Positions 32,739 through 43,215 of a stretch of DNA of 64,000 bases are shown one piece after another (the stretch's first letter is position 1; the number at the start of each line of letters is the position of its first letter). The translations under genes were made by a program, and so were the position numbers. The notes under the pieces are model-generated. The model had not been told where the DNA came from, did not search any database, and worked only from the letters and a program-made list of their open reading frames with translations. Source of the DNA: an uncultured delta proteobacterium (GTDB lineage Bacteria > Myxococcota_A > UBA9160 > UBA4427); the NCBI GenBank assembly GCA_963822965.1, contig CAWGJT010000014.1, positions 192,001 to 256,000 on the forward strand. The letters are read 5' to 3'.

Positions 32739-33775
32739 GCGACGAAGAGGGCGCCAGCGGGTCCGGACGCGGCGCGGCGATCGGCCGCGCCTTCAGTCTC
32801 CTCGCGTTGGTGGTCCTGGTCGCGTTCGGGGTGCACCGCTGGATCGCGACCCGCGGCCTCGAGACGACCGACGACGCGTTCGTCGAGGGGACCCTGTCGT
32901 ACCTGGCCGCCGAGGTGCCGGGTCGCGTGCACGCGGTGGAGGTCGAGGAGCACGAGCGGGTGAAGGCGGGCCAGGTGCTGGTGCGGCTCGACGAGGCCGA
33001 GGCGCGTGTCCGGGTCGCCCGGGCTCGCGCGGATCTCGCCGCCGCGCGCAACCGGATGGTCTCCGCCGAGGCGGCGGCGGCGGCAGCGGACGCGGAGGGC
33101 AAGGCGGCCACGGTCGAGAGCTGGCGGATGGGGCGCGAGCTCGAGCGGATCGAATCCCTGGCCAAGCGCGGGGCGGCCAGCCCGCAGGAGCTCGACGCCG
33201 CGCGCGCCGCCCACGACGCGGCGCTGGCACGGGTGCGCGCCGCGACCATGCGCGCCGAGGCCGAGCGCGGCGTGCTGGGGAACGAGGCGCCGGTGCGCCA
33301 GGCCGAGGCGGCCCTGCAGGAGGCCGAGCTCGGCCTCGGGCGGATGACGCTGGTGGCGCCCTTCGACGCCGTCGTGGGGCGCAAGAACGTCGAGCCCGGA
33401 GACATCGTGCGACCCGGCCAGGCGCTGCTCGCCCTGAGCCGCGTGGAGCGTCGCTGGGTCGAGGCGAACTTCAAGGAGACGCAGATCCGGCGCATGCGCC
33501 CCGGCGCTCCCGCCACGGTCGTGGTGGATGCGTTTCCCAGCTACGTGTTCCTCGGACACGTGGAGTCGTTCTCGCCGGCGAGCGGCGCCAAGTACGCGCT
33601 GATCCCCCCCGAGCCCGCCGCCGGGAACTTCACGAAGGTGGTGCAGCGGGTTCCGGTGCGCATCGTCCTCGACGAGGTCGAGAACGACGAGGGTCGGCGG
33701 CCGATCGATCGCCCCGAGGACATGCCCGACCTCGCGATCGGGCTCTCGGCGCAGGTGACCGTCGATGTCCGCTGA
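32735..33775 (+). CDS. emrA: EmrA/HlyD-family efflux membrane fusion protein
   Basis: TTDDAFV, WVEANFKETQ, PAAGNFTKVVQRVPVRI. Confidence 0.92.
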   Translation: MSDEEGASGSGRGAAIGRAFSLLALVVLVAFGVHRWIATRGLETTDDAFVEGTLSYLAAEVPGRVHAVEVEEHERVKAGQVLVRLDEAEARVRVARARADLAAARNRMVSAEAAAAAADAEGKAATVESWRMGRELERIESLAKRGAASPQELDAARAAHDAALARVRAATMRAEAERGVLGNEAPVRQAEAALQEAELGLGRMTLVAPFDAVVGRKNVEPGDIVRPGQALLALSRVERRWVEANFKETQIRRMRPGAPATVVVDAFPSYVFLGHVESFSPASGAKYALIPPEPAAGNFTKVVQRVPVRIVLDEVENDEGRRPIDRPEDMPDLAIGLSAQVTVDVR

Positions 33776-33787
33776 GCCTCCATCGCG

Positions 33788-35380
33788 ATGTCCGCTGGAA
33801 CGGCGCCGGCCTACTCGCTCACGTCCGAGGAGGACTATCGGCTCGACCTGCCGCGTCTCCTGATCGTCATCTCGACGATGCTGGCCGTCCTGCTCGAGAT
33901 CATCGACACCAGCATCGTGAACGTCGCCGTGCCCACGATGATGGGCAATCTCGGCGCGACCCTCGACGAGATCGACTGGGTCATCACCGCCTACATCGTC
34001 GCCAACGTGATCATCATTCCGATGACCGGCTGGATGGCGGGCCGCTTCGGACGGAAGCGCTACTTCGTCACCTCGATCCTCATCTTCACCACCGCATCGC
34101 TCCTGTGCGGTGCGTCGCAGACCGTGAACCAGCTGATCGTCTGGCGCATCGTCCAGGGCCTGGGCGGCGGCGCCCTGATGGCCACCTCCCAGGCCATCCT
34201 CATCGAATCCTTCCCGCCTTCCAAGCAGGGGGTCGGCCAGGCGATCTTCGGGGTCGGCGCCATGATCGGCCCGAGCCTGGGCCCGACCCTCGGCGGCTTC
34301 CTGACCGACAACTACTCCTGGCACTGGTGCTTCCTCATCAACGTGCCCATCGGCCTGCTGGCGGCGACCCTGTGCGGTGCCTATCTGCACGACCCGCCGC
34401 ATCTGGCCCGCAGCCGCGCCGGCAAGGTGGACTGGCCGGGGATCGCGTTCCTGGTGATCGGCATCGGCTGCTTCCAGACGATGCTCGAGCGGGGCAACAA
34501 GGACGACTGGTTCGCGAGCCCCGCGATCGTCGCGCTGGCCGCGGGAGCGGGCATCGGGATCGCGGCCCTGCTGGTGCGCGAGCTCACCACCGACCACCCG
34601 GTGATCGACTTCCACGTGATGCGCAACCGGAACTTCGCGGTGGGCTGCTTCCTGACGGCCACGAACGGGCTCGCCCTCTACGGGTTGATCTTCCTGTTCC
34701 CGGTCTACGCCCAGAACCTGCTCGGCTGGACCGCCTGGCAATCGGGCCTGGGGGTGCTGCCGTCGAGCCTGGCCACGGCCGCCATGATGGCGGTGCTCGG
34801 TCGCCTCATCTGGTACACGGGGCCTCGGGTGCTCTTCCTGGGCGGGATGGGAATGATGCTCGTGACCCTGATGGTGATGAGCACCTGGACCCTGCAGTCC
34901 GGCTGGCACGCCGTTCTCTTCGCCCAGTTCCTGCGCGGCCTGTCGAGCGGCCTGCTCTTCGTGCCACTCTCGACCGCAACCCTGCGTGCGCTGCCGTCGG
35001 TCGACGTCGCCAAGGGCGCGGGGCTCTACAACCTCTTCCGGCAGCTCGGGGGCAGCTTCGGGATCGCCATCCTCGCGTCGATCCTCGACCGCCGCACGGA
35101 CGTGCATCGCAGCGAGCTGGCGCGGCACCTGGGCCCCTTCGACCCGGCGACGCAGCTCGGCCTCGACCACTTGAGCCAGCACCTGATGGGCAAGGGCCTC
35201 GACGCCCAGGGCGCGGCGTTCGCGGCCCGGGCGATCCTCGACCGCATGCTCACCGCGCAGGCCACCATGGAGGCGTTCTACGACGCCTTCTACTTCATCG
35301 CGATCGTCTTCGTCTTGATGATCCCGCTCGGGTTCCTGGTGGCGAGACACGCGCCCGGGAAGTACGCGCCCATCGAGTGA
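33788..35380 (+). CDS. emrB: DHA2 family MFS efflux permease (EmrB/QacA)
   Basis: IDTSIVNVAVP, WVITAYIVA, GPSLGPTLGG, WCFLINVPIG, RQLGGSFG. Confidence 0.93.
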   Translation: MSAGTAPAYSLTSEEDYRLDLPRLLIVISTMLAVLLEIIDTSIVNVAVPTMMGNLGATLDEIDWVITAYIVANVIIIPMTGWMAGRFGRKRYFVTSILIFTTASLLCGASQTVNQLIVWRIVQGLGGGALMATSQAILIESFPPSKQGVGQAIFGVGAMIGPSLGPTLGGFLTDNYSWHWCFLINVPIGLLAATLCGAYLHDPPHLARSRAGKVDWPGIAFLVIGIGCFQTMLERGNKDDWFASPAIVALAAGAGIGIAALLVRELTTDHPVIDFHVMRNRNFAVGCFLTATNGLALYGLIFLFPVYAQNLLGWTAWQSGLGVLPSSLATAAMMAVLGRLIWYTGPRVLFLGGMGMMLVTLMVMSTWTLQSGWHAVLFAQFLRGLSSGLLFVPLSTATLRALPSVDVAKGAGLYNLFRQLGGSFGIAILASILDRRTDVHRSELARHLGPFDPATQLGLDHLSQHLMGKGLDAQGAAFAARAILDRMLTAQATMEAFYDAFYFIAIVFVLMIPLGFLVARHAPGKYAPIE

Positions 35381-35393
35381 GCGCGCTCCGGGG

Positions 35394-36548
35394 TCACGCC
35401 TGCTGCAGCTCCTGCTGCTCCAGGGTCGCGAGCTGCTCGAAGGCGAGTCCCCACGGCGGTCGCAGGAAGCCGAGCGCCCGCACGTCCTGCGCCCGGGTGC
35501 CGAAGGGGGCGCTGCGCGAGAAGGTGCCGCCGCCCAGCACACGACCGATCCGCGTGGAGATGGACTCGACGAGCTCGGCGACCGCCGTCTTGCCCCGCAG
35601 CGCGGCCTCGGTAGGCGACCCGTCCTGCTCCATGGTGCGGAGCATCCCCTCGAAGGCCTGCCGGGCCAGCCAGGTCTCGTTGCGCGTGCGCGTCCACTCG
35701 ACTCGCTCGTAGGCGCGCAGGGAGTCGGCGCGCTTCGCGAGTCGGCGTCCGGCCTCCGCGACCGCCGCGTCCACGACCCCCAGGACCACGGCGGTGTACG
35801 CACACTCGTAGAAGGCCACGGCGGTGGGCATGCCGGTGAGCTCGATCATCGGGCAGGCGACGCGGCGAGCCGGAAACCCGTCGAAGCGGAAGGCGTGGCT
35901 CTGGGTGGCCGCCATGCCGTGGCCGTCCCAGGCGGCCAGTAGGGTCATGCCGCCGCTTCCGTCCCAGGCCACGTCGCGCACCTCGAGGGTGAACAGGTCG
36001 GGCAGGGGCTCGCCCTCGGCGCGGGCCGTGGTGACCATGTGCGTGGTCATCCCCGACCCGCTGCCGAAGTGCTTCTCGCCCGTGATGCGCCAGCCCGCCG
36101 CGTGGGAGCCGCTCGCCACGGTGCGGGTCTGGAGGACGTCGCCTCCGCTTCCCGGCTCGGACGTGATGGTTCCCCACCAGTCGCCGGCGACGACGCCCTG
36201 GAAGATCCGCTCGCGTTGCTCGTGCCAGGCCTTCGCGTAGGGCTCGGGCACGACCTCCGTCGTGGCCCAGTACGAGAGCACCGCCGGATGCATGCTGGCC
36301 ACCAGTGCCAGGGACGGGTCGGCGGCGGCCACGGCTCCGAGCACGTCGCAGAGCGGGCGCGTCGTCTCCCGCGCGTCGGTCCAGGCACCCCCGAAGCGCT
36401 CGGGTACGGCCAGCAGCGGGTAGCCGGCCTCGCGCAGGGCCGCGAAGTCGGCCGGGTCGAGGGCGGTGCGCCGGAGGCGGGCGTCCGCCTCGGAGGTCCA
36501 GCGCTGGGCCAGCGCCGCGCACGCCTCGACGATCTCGGCCGCGGTCAC
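35394..36548 (-). CDS. Acyl-CoA dehydrogenase-fold flavoprotein (possibly a DszC/SfnB-like monooxygenase)
   Basis: ITSEPGSGG, WRITGEKHFGSG, WDGHGMAATQSH. GTGA overlap with ybhB. Confidence 0.8.
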   Translation of the reverse strand: MTAAEIVEACAALAQRWTSEADARLRRTALDPADFAALREAGYPLLAVPERFGGAWTDARETTRPLCDVLGAVAAADPSLALVASMHPAVLSYWATTEVVPEPYAKAWHEQRERIFQGVVAGDWWGTITSEPGSGGDVLQTRTVASGSHAAGWRITGEKHFGSGSGMTTHMVTTARAEGEPLPDLFTLEVRDVAWDGSGGMTLLAAWDGHGMAATQSHAFRFDGFPARRVACPMIELTGMPTAVAFYECAYTAVVLGVVDAAVAEAGRRLAKRADSLRAYERVEWTRTRNETWLARQAFEGMLRTMEQDGSPTEAALRGKTAVAELVESISTRIGRVLGGGTFSRSAPFGTRAQDVRALGFLRPPWGLAFEQLATLEQQELQQA

Positions 36549-37120
36549 CCGTTCGGCTCGCGCTTGCGGTACGTCCCGACGAGCTCGGCGCGGGCCAGCA
36601 CGTGGCCTTCCATGGCCTTCTCGAGCTCGGCCTTGGTGAGGGGGCCGGCGTCCTCGAGCACCACGTCCAGGGCGTAGAGCTTGTGGAAGTAGCGGTGGCG
36701 GCCGATGGGCGGGCACGGCCCCCCGTACGCGGCCTTCTTCCAGTCGTTGCGGCCGAAGCGGGCACCGCCGGGCAGGTCCTTCTCCCGCGCCGCCTCGGGC
36801 AGCGAGCCGGCGGCGGGTGGCAGGCGGTACACCACCCAGTGCACCCAGGTCACCCGGGGCGCCGCCGGGTCGGGCGCGTCGGGATCGTCCACGACGAGCG
36901 CCAGGCTCTTCGTGCCGGGAGGCGGCGCGGTCCACTCGAGCGGAGGGGACACGTCCTCGCCCTCGCAGGTGTAGCGGCGGGGAATCTCGCCGCCCTCGGC
37001 GAAGGCGGAGGATCGGATCGTGAACGACATGGCGCCGGCTCCCTCCTCGGGCTGGGCTGCCGGCGCCGCTGCCAGCAGCAGAACGAGCGAGACTCCCCAG
37101 AGCGATCCGGATGCTGCCAT
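36545..37120 (-). CDS. YbhB/YbcL (PEBP/RKIP-like) protein with signal peptide
   Basis: VSPPLEW, VDDPDAP, WVHWV, YGGPCPP, HRYFHKLYALD. Confidence 0.92.
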   Translation of the reverse strand: MAASGSLWGVSLVLLLAAAPAAQPEEGAGAMSFTIRSSAFAEGGEIPRRYTCEGEDVSPPLEWTAPPPGTKSLALVVDDPDAPDPAAPRVTWVHWVVYRLPPAAGSLPEAAREKDLPGGARFGRNDWKKAAYGGPCPPIGRHRYFHKLYALDVVLEDAGPLTKAELEKAMEGHVLARAELVGTYRKREPNG

Positions 37121-37160
37121 ACCCCGATTCTGCCACAGCGACGCCCCCCGGCGCGCCGTC

Positions 37161-38231
37161 TCAGTGCCCGGGGGAATCGTCCGTCGGCCCGCGTCGGGCG
37201 TCGAGGTGTTGCCGGATTCGGGCGCGGTCGGCTTCGCTGCCGTGGCCCTGGTCGACGAACCAGCGCACCGCGTCCTCGAGCACGGCCCGGGCAGGGCGCG
37301 GCGAGAAGCCCAGCTCGAGCGCGGCGCGTGCGTTGGAGAAGGGCCGGCTGTCCCGGGCGTGCAGCGCGGCTTCGAGCGGGAACAGCGGTGGACGCTTCGT
37401 GATGCGACTCGAGAGCCAGTCGTTCACGCGGCCCAGCACGAGCAGCAGGGGGTGGGGGATCGCGAAGCGCGGCGCCGGGATGCCGGTGACGTCCGCCAGC
37501 AGGTCGACCACCTCGCGCATGCGGAGATCGTCGCCTCCGAGCACGTAGCGCCGGCCGGCGCGCCCGCGCTCGAGCGCCAGCACGTGGCCCCGGGCCGCGT
37601 CCTCGACGTGGACCAGGTTCTGCGGCATCTCGACGAACACCTTCATGTGCCGCTGCAGGTAGTGGACGATCATGGAGCCCGTGGGCGTCGGCCGGCGGTC
37701 TCCCGCACCCAGGATGATGGTGGGGTACACGATCACGAGGGGGAGACCCTCGGCGGCGAGCCGCAAGGCCGCGATCTCGGCCATGATCTTCGACGACTTG
37801 TAGCTGCCGCCGAAGCGACTCAGGTCGACGAGGTTCTCCTCGTCCCCCTGCTTGGCGTCCACCTGGAAGCCCGGCGTGAGCGCGGCGGTGGTGCTCGTGT
37901 GCACCACCCGCTCGAAGCCCAGGTCGCGCGCTGCCGTGAGCACGTTGCGCGTGCCCAGGGCGTTCACGCGATAGGCGTGGTCGGGCTCGCGTTGCCAGAA
38001 CGAGTAGTCGGCCGCCGTGTGGATCAGTCGCTCGCCCCCGCGCAGGGTGCGATGGAGGCTCTCCGGGTCGAGCAGGTCGATCTCGCGCACCTCGACGTCG
38101 AGGCCCGCCAGGTTCTCCCGGTCGAGGTCGCTTCCGCAGAGCGCCACCACCTCGTAGCCGGCGGCGAGCAGCTCGCGCACGACGTTCGAGCCGAGGAAGC
38201 CGTTGGCTCCGGTCACGTGGCACGAAGGCAT
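37161..38231 (-). CDS. hpnA: NAD-dependent epimerase/dehydratase, HpnA/dihydroflavonol-reductase-like
   Basis: VTGANGFLG, HTAADY, VVHTST, YKSSK, GAGDRRPTPTG, RYVLGG. Adjacent to hpnO. Confidence 0.75.
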   Translation of the reverse strand: MPSCHVTGANGFLGSNVVRELLAAGYEVVALCGSDLDRENLAGLDVEVREIDLLDPESLHRTLRGGERLIHTAADYSFWQREPDHAYRVNALGTRNVLTAARDLGFERVVHTSTTAALTPGFQVDAKQGDEENLVDLSRFGGSYKSSKIMAEIAALRLAAEGLPLVIVYPTIILGAGDRRPTPTGSMIVHYLQRHMKVFVEMPQNLVHVEDAARGHVLALERGRAGRRYVLGGDDLRMREVVDLLADVTGIPAPRFAIPHPLLLVLGRVNDWLSSRITKRPPLFPLEAALHARDSRPFSNARAALELGFSPRPARAVLEDAVRWFVDQGHGSEADRARIRQHLDARRGPTDDSPGH

Positions 38232-38232
38232 G

Positions 38233-39622
38233 CTACGAGCCGCCGGCCTTCATCTTGAGCGCCTGGGTGGCGAGGGTCTTGCCCAGCTGCCAGATCCCGC
38301 CCGACACCTTGTGGGTATCGGCGACGACGTCGTGCACGGCGTCCACGATCCAGCGCCGGTCGTCCTCGTCGATCACGAGGGGCGGCAGGAACTTGACGAC
38401 GTGCAGCCCGTGCCCCGCCACCTGGGACAGGATGTGGTGCTTCGTGAAGAGAGGCACCGTCACCAGCTGGCAGAAGAGCCCCTCGTTGGCCTTCTCGAGG
38501 AGCTTCCAGGCGGCCTTGAGGCCCAGGCTCTCCGGCGGGCCGAACTCGAGCGCGAGCATCAGGCCCTTGCCGCGCACGTCCTTCAGGAACTCGAACCGGG
38601 GCACCAGGGGGCGCAGGTCGCCCACGATCTCGTCGCCGAGGCGCGCCGCGTGCTCCACGAGTCCGCATTCCTCGATGACGTCCAGGGTGGCGAGCCCGGC
38701 CGCCATGGCCAGGTTGTTCTTGGCGAAGGTGGAGCCGTGCACGACGGCCCGGTCCATGCGGTCGAAGACCGCGTCGAACACGTCCCGGCGGCACGCCACC
38801 GCGCCCACCGGCACGAATCCGCCCGAGAGGGCCTTCGCCATGGTCAGCAGGTCGGGCTCGCAGGCCCCAGTGCTCGGCGGCGAAGAAGCGGCCGGTGCGT
38901 CCGATGCCCGTCTGTACCTCGTCGAGCACGAACAGGGTTCCGTACTTCCGGCACAGGGCCTGCGCGCCGGGCAGATAGTCGTCGTCGGGAATCGCGACCC
39001 CATGGCCCTGGATCGGCTCCACCACGAACGCTGCGGCGTCCCCCGGCGCGAGCGCCGCCTCGAGCGCCGCGAGGTCGTCGAAGGGGATTCGGACGCAGTC
39101 GGGCAGCAGCGGCCCGAAGCCGTCGCGGAAGTGGTCGTCACCGTTCAGGGAGAGGGCGCCGTAGGTGAGCCCGTGGAAGGCGTGGTCGCAGTAGACGATC
39201 TTGCTGCGGCCCGTCGCCTGCCGGCTGAACTTCATGGCCGCCTCGACGGCCTCCGCCCCGGAGTTGCAGAAGAAGATCTTCGTGAGCGAGGCGGGCGTCT
39301 TCTCCACCAGTCGCTCGGCGAGCAGCCCGGAGAGGAGCGAGACGTCCATCTGCACCAGGTGCGGCAGCTCGGCGCCCAGCACGTCCCGCAGGCACGCGAT
39401 GACCTGCGGATGGTTGCGACCGAGCGCAAAGACTCCGAAGCCGCTCAGCAGGTCGAGCGTGCGAACGCCGTTGCGGTCGTAGAGGTACTGCCCCGAGGCC
39501 GACACGTAGGTCTTGTCGAAGCCGATGGTCTTCAGGACCTTGACCATCTGTGCGTTCATGTGCAGGTCGTGCAGCGCGAACTGCTCGCCCTGCCGCTCGC
39601 GGATCAGGTCGAGGATCTTCAT
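38233..39622 (-). CDS. hpnO: Class III aminotransferase, HpnO-like aminobacteriohopanetriol synthase (frameshift near 38865)
   Basis: MNAQMVKVLKTIGFD...LDLLSGFGVFALGRNHP, FHGLTYGALS, EPIQG, DEVQTGIGRTG, PLP lysine in MAKALSGG. Confidence 0.8.
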
Positions 39623-39801
39623 CGTTCGGGGCCCTCCGGTACCCGGCGTCTACGACCCGACGCGACGCTCAGGCCGCCCGGGTCCGCGCGGAATATACCG
39701 GTGGGCGGCGACGGCGCTCAAGCCGGTCGGCGGGTCGGACGCGTGTCGCGGATGCCGTATTGGAACTGCCACGCCCGGCCAATCGGAGCTGCCACGCCTG
39801 G

Positions 39802-41187
39802 TCAGAGTGGAAACTCCTGATGGAGCTCCGGCATCTCGACGCGCGTATCCTTCAGTCGCTTGGCGAAGTGCGCCATGACCTCCGGGTCGCCGTGCACGAG
39901 GAAGGTCGTCGCGGGCGACGTGCGATCGTGCCACGCGAGCAGCTCCGCCTGGTCTGCGTGGGCGGAGAATCCGTTGATCGTGTGGATCCTGGCGCGAACC
40001 GGAATCTGCTCGCCGTAGATGGACACCGTCTTTGCGCCGTCGATGATGTGACGCGCGAGGGTTCCGTTCGCCGCATACCCCACGAAGATCACGCTGCTCT
40101 GGGCGCGGCCGAGGTGGTGGCGCAGGTGATGCCGCACGCGGCCGCCGGTACACATGCCCGAGCCCGCCATGACGACGGCGCCTCCGGCGATGCGATTGAT
40201 GGCCATCGACTCCGTCGCCTGCCGCGTGAAGCGCAGCCCCGGCAGGTGGAACGGGTCGCGACCCTCTCGAAACAGCTCGCGCGACTCCTCGTCGTAGCAC
40301 TCCGGATGCCGCTTGAAGATCTCGGTGGCCGAGATCGCCATGGGCGAGTCGAGGAATACGGGCATGGAGGATTCGAGCCGGCCGGCTTCCACGCCCTCGC
40401 GCAGGTAGAAGAGGAGCTCTTGCGCCCGCTCGAGCGCGAAGGTGGGGATGATCGCATTGCCACCCCGGCGGAAGGTGTCGGTGATGGCCTCGTAGAGCTC
40501 GTCCACGGAGGGGCCGAGGGGCTTGTGGAGTCGGTCGCCGTAGGTCGTCTCCATCACGACCACGTCCACGTCGGCAGGCGGGCTCGCGTCGCGCAGGATG
40601 GGCCGACCGGGGCCGCCGATGTCGCCGGAGAAGAGAACGCGACGGCGGCGCCCGTCCTCCTCGAGCTCCAGCAGCACGCTGGCCGATCCCAGGATGTGGC
40701 CCGCCTCGAGGAACGTGGCGCGTACGCCCTTCGCGAGGTCGATCGGCTCCGCGTACTTCGCCGTGCGACCGAAGCGGTCGAAGCTGTCGATGGCGTCGAA
40801 CGTGGTGTAGAGCGGCTCGATCTGCTCGTGGTGCCGTTTTCGCTCGGCCCGATGGGCCCGATGCGCGGCCTCCTCCTCCTGGATGTGGGCCGAGTCCAGC
40901 AGCACGAGTCGCGCCAGCTCGCGCGTGGCCGACGTCGTCACGATCTCTCCGCGGAAGCCGCGCTTGACCAGCAGGGGGATGCGTCCGCAGTGGTCCAGGT
41001 GCCCGTGGGTCAGCAGGAGCATGTCGATGCTCTCCGCGTCGAAGCCGAAGGGCTCCGCGTTCTCTTCCTCGATCTCGCGACCTCCCTGGTAGAGACCGCA
41101 GTCGACGAGGAGTCGGATCCCCGCGCACTCCACGAGATGGCAGGAACCCGTGACGCCGCGGTCGGCACCCTGAAAGACGATCTTCAT
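39802..41187 (-). CDS. MBL-fold metallo-hydrolase, beta-CASP RNA-processing type
   Basis: VTGSCH, THGHLDHCG, AGHILGS, FSGDIG, METTYG, PTFALERAQE, FSAHAD, VHG. Confidence 0.93.
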   Translation of the reverse strand: MKIVFQGADRGVTGSCHLVECAGIRLLVDCGLYQGGREIEEENAEPFGFDAESIDMLLLTHGHLDHCGRIPLLVKRGFRGEIVTTSATRELARLVLLDSAHIQEEEAAHRAHRAERKRHHEQIEPLYTTFDAIDSFDRFGRTAKYAEPIDLAKGVRATFLEAGHILGSASVLLELEEDGRRRRVLFSGDIGGPGRPILRDASPPADVDVVVMETTYGDRLHKPLGPSVDELYEAITDTFRRGGNAIIPTFALERAQELLFYLREGVEAGRLESSMPVFLDSPMAISATEIFKRHPECYDEESRELFREGRDPFHLPGLRFTRQATESMAINRIAGGAVVMAGSGMCTGGRVRHHLRHHLGRAQSSVIFVGYAANGTLARHIIDGAKTVSIYGEQIPVRARIHTINGFSAHADQAELLAWHDRTSPATTFLVHGDPEVMAHFAKRLKDTRVEMPELHQEFPL

Positions 41188-41249
41188 CGCTTCTCCTTCT
41201 CCGTCCAGCGTGGTCCGGCCGAGAGTCTACGCCGAAAGGGCGCCGCCCG

Positions 41250-41349
41250 GCGCGGCGGATCCCGGTGCTACTCGACGGCGAGGTGGATCCTCTCCGACTC
41301 GACGGTGATCTGCGAGTACCTCGAGGACGCGTACCCCGCCCCCGCGCTG
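41250..41349 (+). pseudogene. Glutathione S-transferase N-terminal domain remnant
   Basis: ARRIPVLLDGEV/ILSDSTVICEYLEDAYPAPAL (one indel). No start codon and no C-terminal domain. Confidence 0.7.
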
Positions 41350-41386
41350 GGGGATGAGCGGCGCGCGCCGGAGCCGGATTCGCCAG

Positions 41387-42019
41387 CTACCCGGGGCCCG
41401 CGGTACCCGCGGCCTGGATCAGGGCCAGGGCGGCCCGCTCCATGGTGGCCGCGGCGCGCGCGCGCCCGAGCCGCTGGTCGCCGCGCAGCCGGTCCCAGGC
41501 CTCGAAGGAGGTCACCTGGTCGAGGGCCTCGACGATCTCGGGCGGGGCGTCGGCCAGCTCGGGGAGCCATCGCAGCAGATCGGTGCGCAGCTCCGCGACG
41601 AGCTTGCGGTGCTGGCTGCGCAGGTAGGGGGATCGCCATCGCTTCACGTTCGAGGCGCGCTTGTAGGGTGCCACGCGCTCGAAGAAGACCGCGCGTCGCT
41701 CCACCAGCGCGACGGCCCGCGCGCGTAGGCCGCCCGCGTGCGGGGGCTCGCGCAGGATCGGAAGCACCTCCTCGAGCAGCCGGGCGTCGAGCGTGGCGTA
41801 GAGCGCCTCCATGTCCTCGAAGTGGCGGAATACGCTGCGGATGCCCACGCCGGCGCGGAGGGCCACCTGCTGGGCGGTCGGCGCGGGATTGCCTTCTCCC
41901 ACCAGCTCGTAGAGGGCGTTGCCGATGGCCTCGCGGCTTCGCTGTGCGCGCAGGACCCGCCCGTCGGCCGTTCCGGCCGGCTCCCGATCCTCCTGGATGC
42001 GCGCTCTTCCTCGAACCAT
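41387..42019 (-). CDS. TetR/AcrR family transcriptional regulator
   Basis: DGRVLRAQRSR...PTAQQVALRAGVGIRSVFRHFEDME. Confidence 0.9.
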   Translation of the reverse strand: MVRGRARIQEDREPAGTADGRVLRAQRSREAIGNALYELVGEGNPAPTAQQVALRAGVGIRSVFRHFEDMEALYATLDARLLEEVLPILREPPHAGGLRARAVALVERRAVFFERVAPYKRASNVKRWRSPYLRSQHRKLVAELRTDLLRWLPELADAPPEIVEALDQVTSFEAWDRLRGDQRLGRARAAATMERAALALIQAAGTAGPG

Positions 42020-42042
42020 GTCCGAGCCGTCCCCCTCGGCGC

Positions 42043-43143
42043 TCAGCTCACCGCCGGATCCCAGAGCGACAGCACGTGACCCTGCTCGGGCCGGGTGCGG
42101 CCGGCCAGGGTGTCCTGGTACACGCGCTCCACGGCCTCGCGCCCGCTGCCGCGCTCGATCTCGAGCCAGCCTTCCGTGAACCGCCGGAACCCGGACCACG
42201 CGTTCGCGAGGCGCGCCTGCACCTCGGCCGGGCCCCATTCCTGCGAGCGCTTCTGGATCTGCGCCGGCGCGAAGAAGAACTCCGGCTTCGGACCCGGGAG
42301 CGTGTCGTCGCCCCGCTCGGCCTGCCAGTGCGTCGCTCCGATGGAGCACGAGTACCGGAGCTGGGGGCCGAAGTGCTCGTGCACCGCGCGCTGGATCTTC
42401 CCGCTGCCCGCCATGTCGACGAAGACCGCCGGCGCCCCGGCGTCCAGGCTCCGGATCTCGTCGTAGGACACGACCTGGTCGTAGCACCCGAGCGAGCGCA
42501 CGAAATCCAGGTTGCCCGCCGAGGTGAGCCCCACCGCGCGCGCCCGACCCGCCTGGGACACCTGATAGGCGAGGGCGATCGAGGTCTTGCTCGACGCGCT
42601 CGACACGACCACCGACTCGGCGCCGTAGTGGTCGTGGTCGGCGAGGAAGTCGTCGGCCAGGAACGAGGTCATGAAGAGGCCGCGCAGCAGCATCAACGTG
42701 TCCTCGTGGTCGGGGTGGTAGAGCGCGTCGTGCTGCGCCGGACTGTACTGGGCGTAGGCGGGCGCAAGCCCCTCGCGGTGGGCCGCTCCGTCCACGATCT
42801 GGGTCTTGCTCACCGTGGCGGGCTCGATCACGAGGTAACGCGACATGGGGTAGAAGCCGAAGCAGCGGGTGCCTTCCGCGACGTCGGGATGCCCGGAACG
42901 GACCACGTCGCCGAAGCCCATGACGGGAAGCCGTCCCCAGCCTTCTTCGCAGGGAAAGAACCGCCAGTAGCCGAGCGCGTCCCCGACCACCGCATACGTC
43001 ACGTTGTTGGCGGTGAACGCGAAGCGGTCGACGCGGAAGAGCACCCGTCCGGGCCCGACCTCGGGCACCGGCGCATCCACGAAGCGCGTGCGCTTCCAGT
43101 CCTTCCTGTCGACCTGGAAGTCGACTCCGGTATTTCCTGCCAT
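42043..43143 (-). CDS. DUF2855 family protein
   Basis: FAFTANNVTYA, YWRFFP, LRGLFMTSF, SSASSKT, GLTSAGN, GATHW, FFFAP. Confidence 0.85.
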   Translation of the reverse strand: MAGNTGVDFQVDRKDWKRTRFVDAPVPEVGPGRVLFRVDRFAFTANNVTYAVVGDALGYWRFFPCEEGWGRLPVMGFGDVVRSGHPDVAEGTRCFGFYPMSRYLVIEPATVSKTQIVDGAAHREGLAPAYAQYSPAQHDALYHPDHEDTLMLLRGLFMTSFLADDFLADHDHYGAESVVVSSASSKTSIALAYQVSQAGRARAVGLTSAGNLDFVRSLGCYDQVVSYDEIRSLDAGAPAVFVDMAGSGKIQRAVHEHFGPQLRYSCSIGATHWQAERGDDTLPGPKPEFFFAPAQIQKRSQEWGPAEVQARLANAWSGFRRFTEGWLEIERGSGREAVERVYQDTLAGRTRPEQGHVLSLWDPAVS

Positions 43144-43189
43144 GTCGGTCTCCTCGCGCCGCCTGTCTTTCCCCCGGACGGTCGGAGCT

Positions 43190-43215
43190 TGTCAAACTGG
43201 CACGGGGCGTGTCAA
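43190..43215 (-). promoter_or_regulatory. Putative promoter/operator of the DUF2855-tetR operon
   Basis: Two TTGACA hexamers on the minus strand (43215-43210 and 43195-43190) with the near-palindrome TGGCACG-GGG-CGTGTCA between and overlapping them. Confidence 0.45.
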
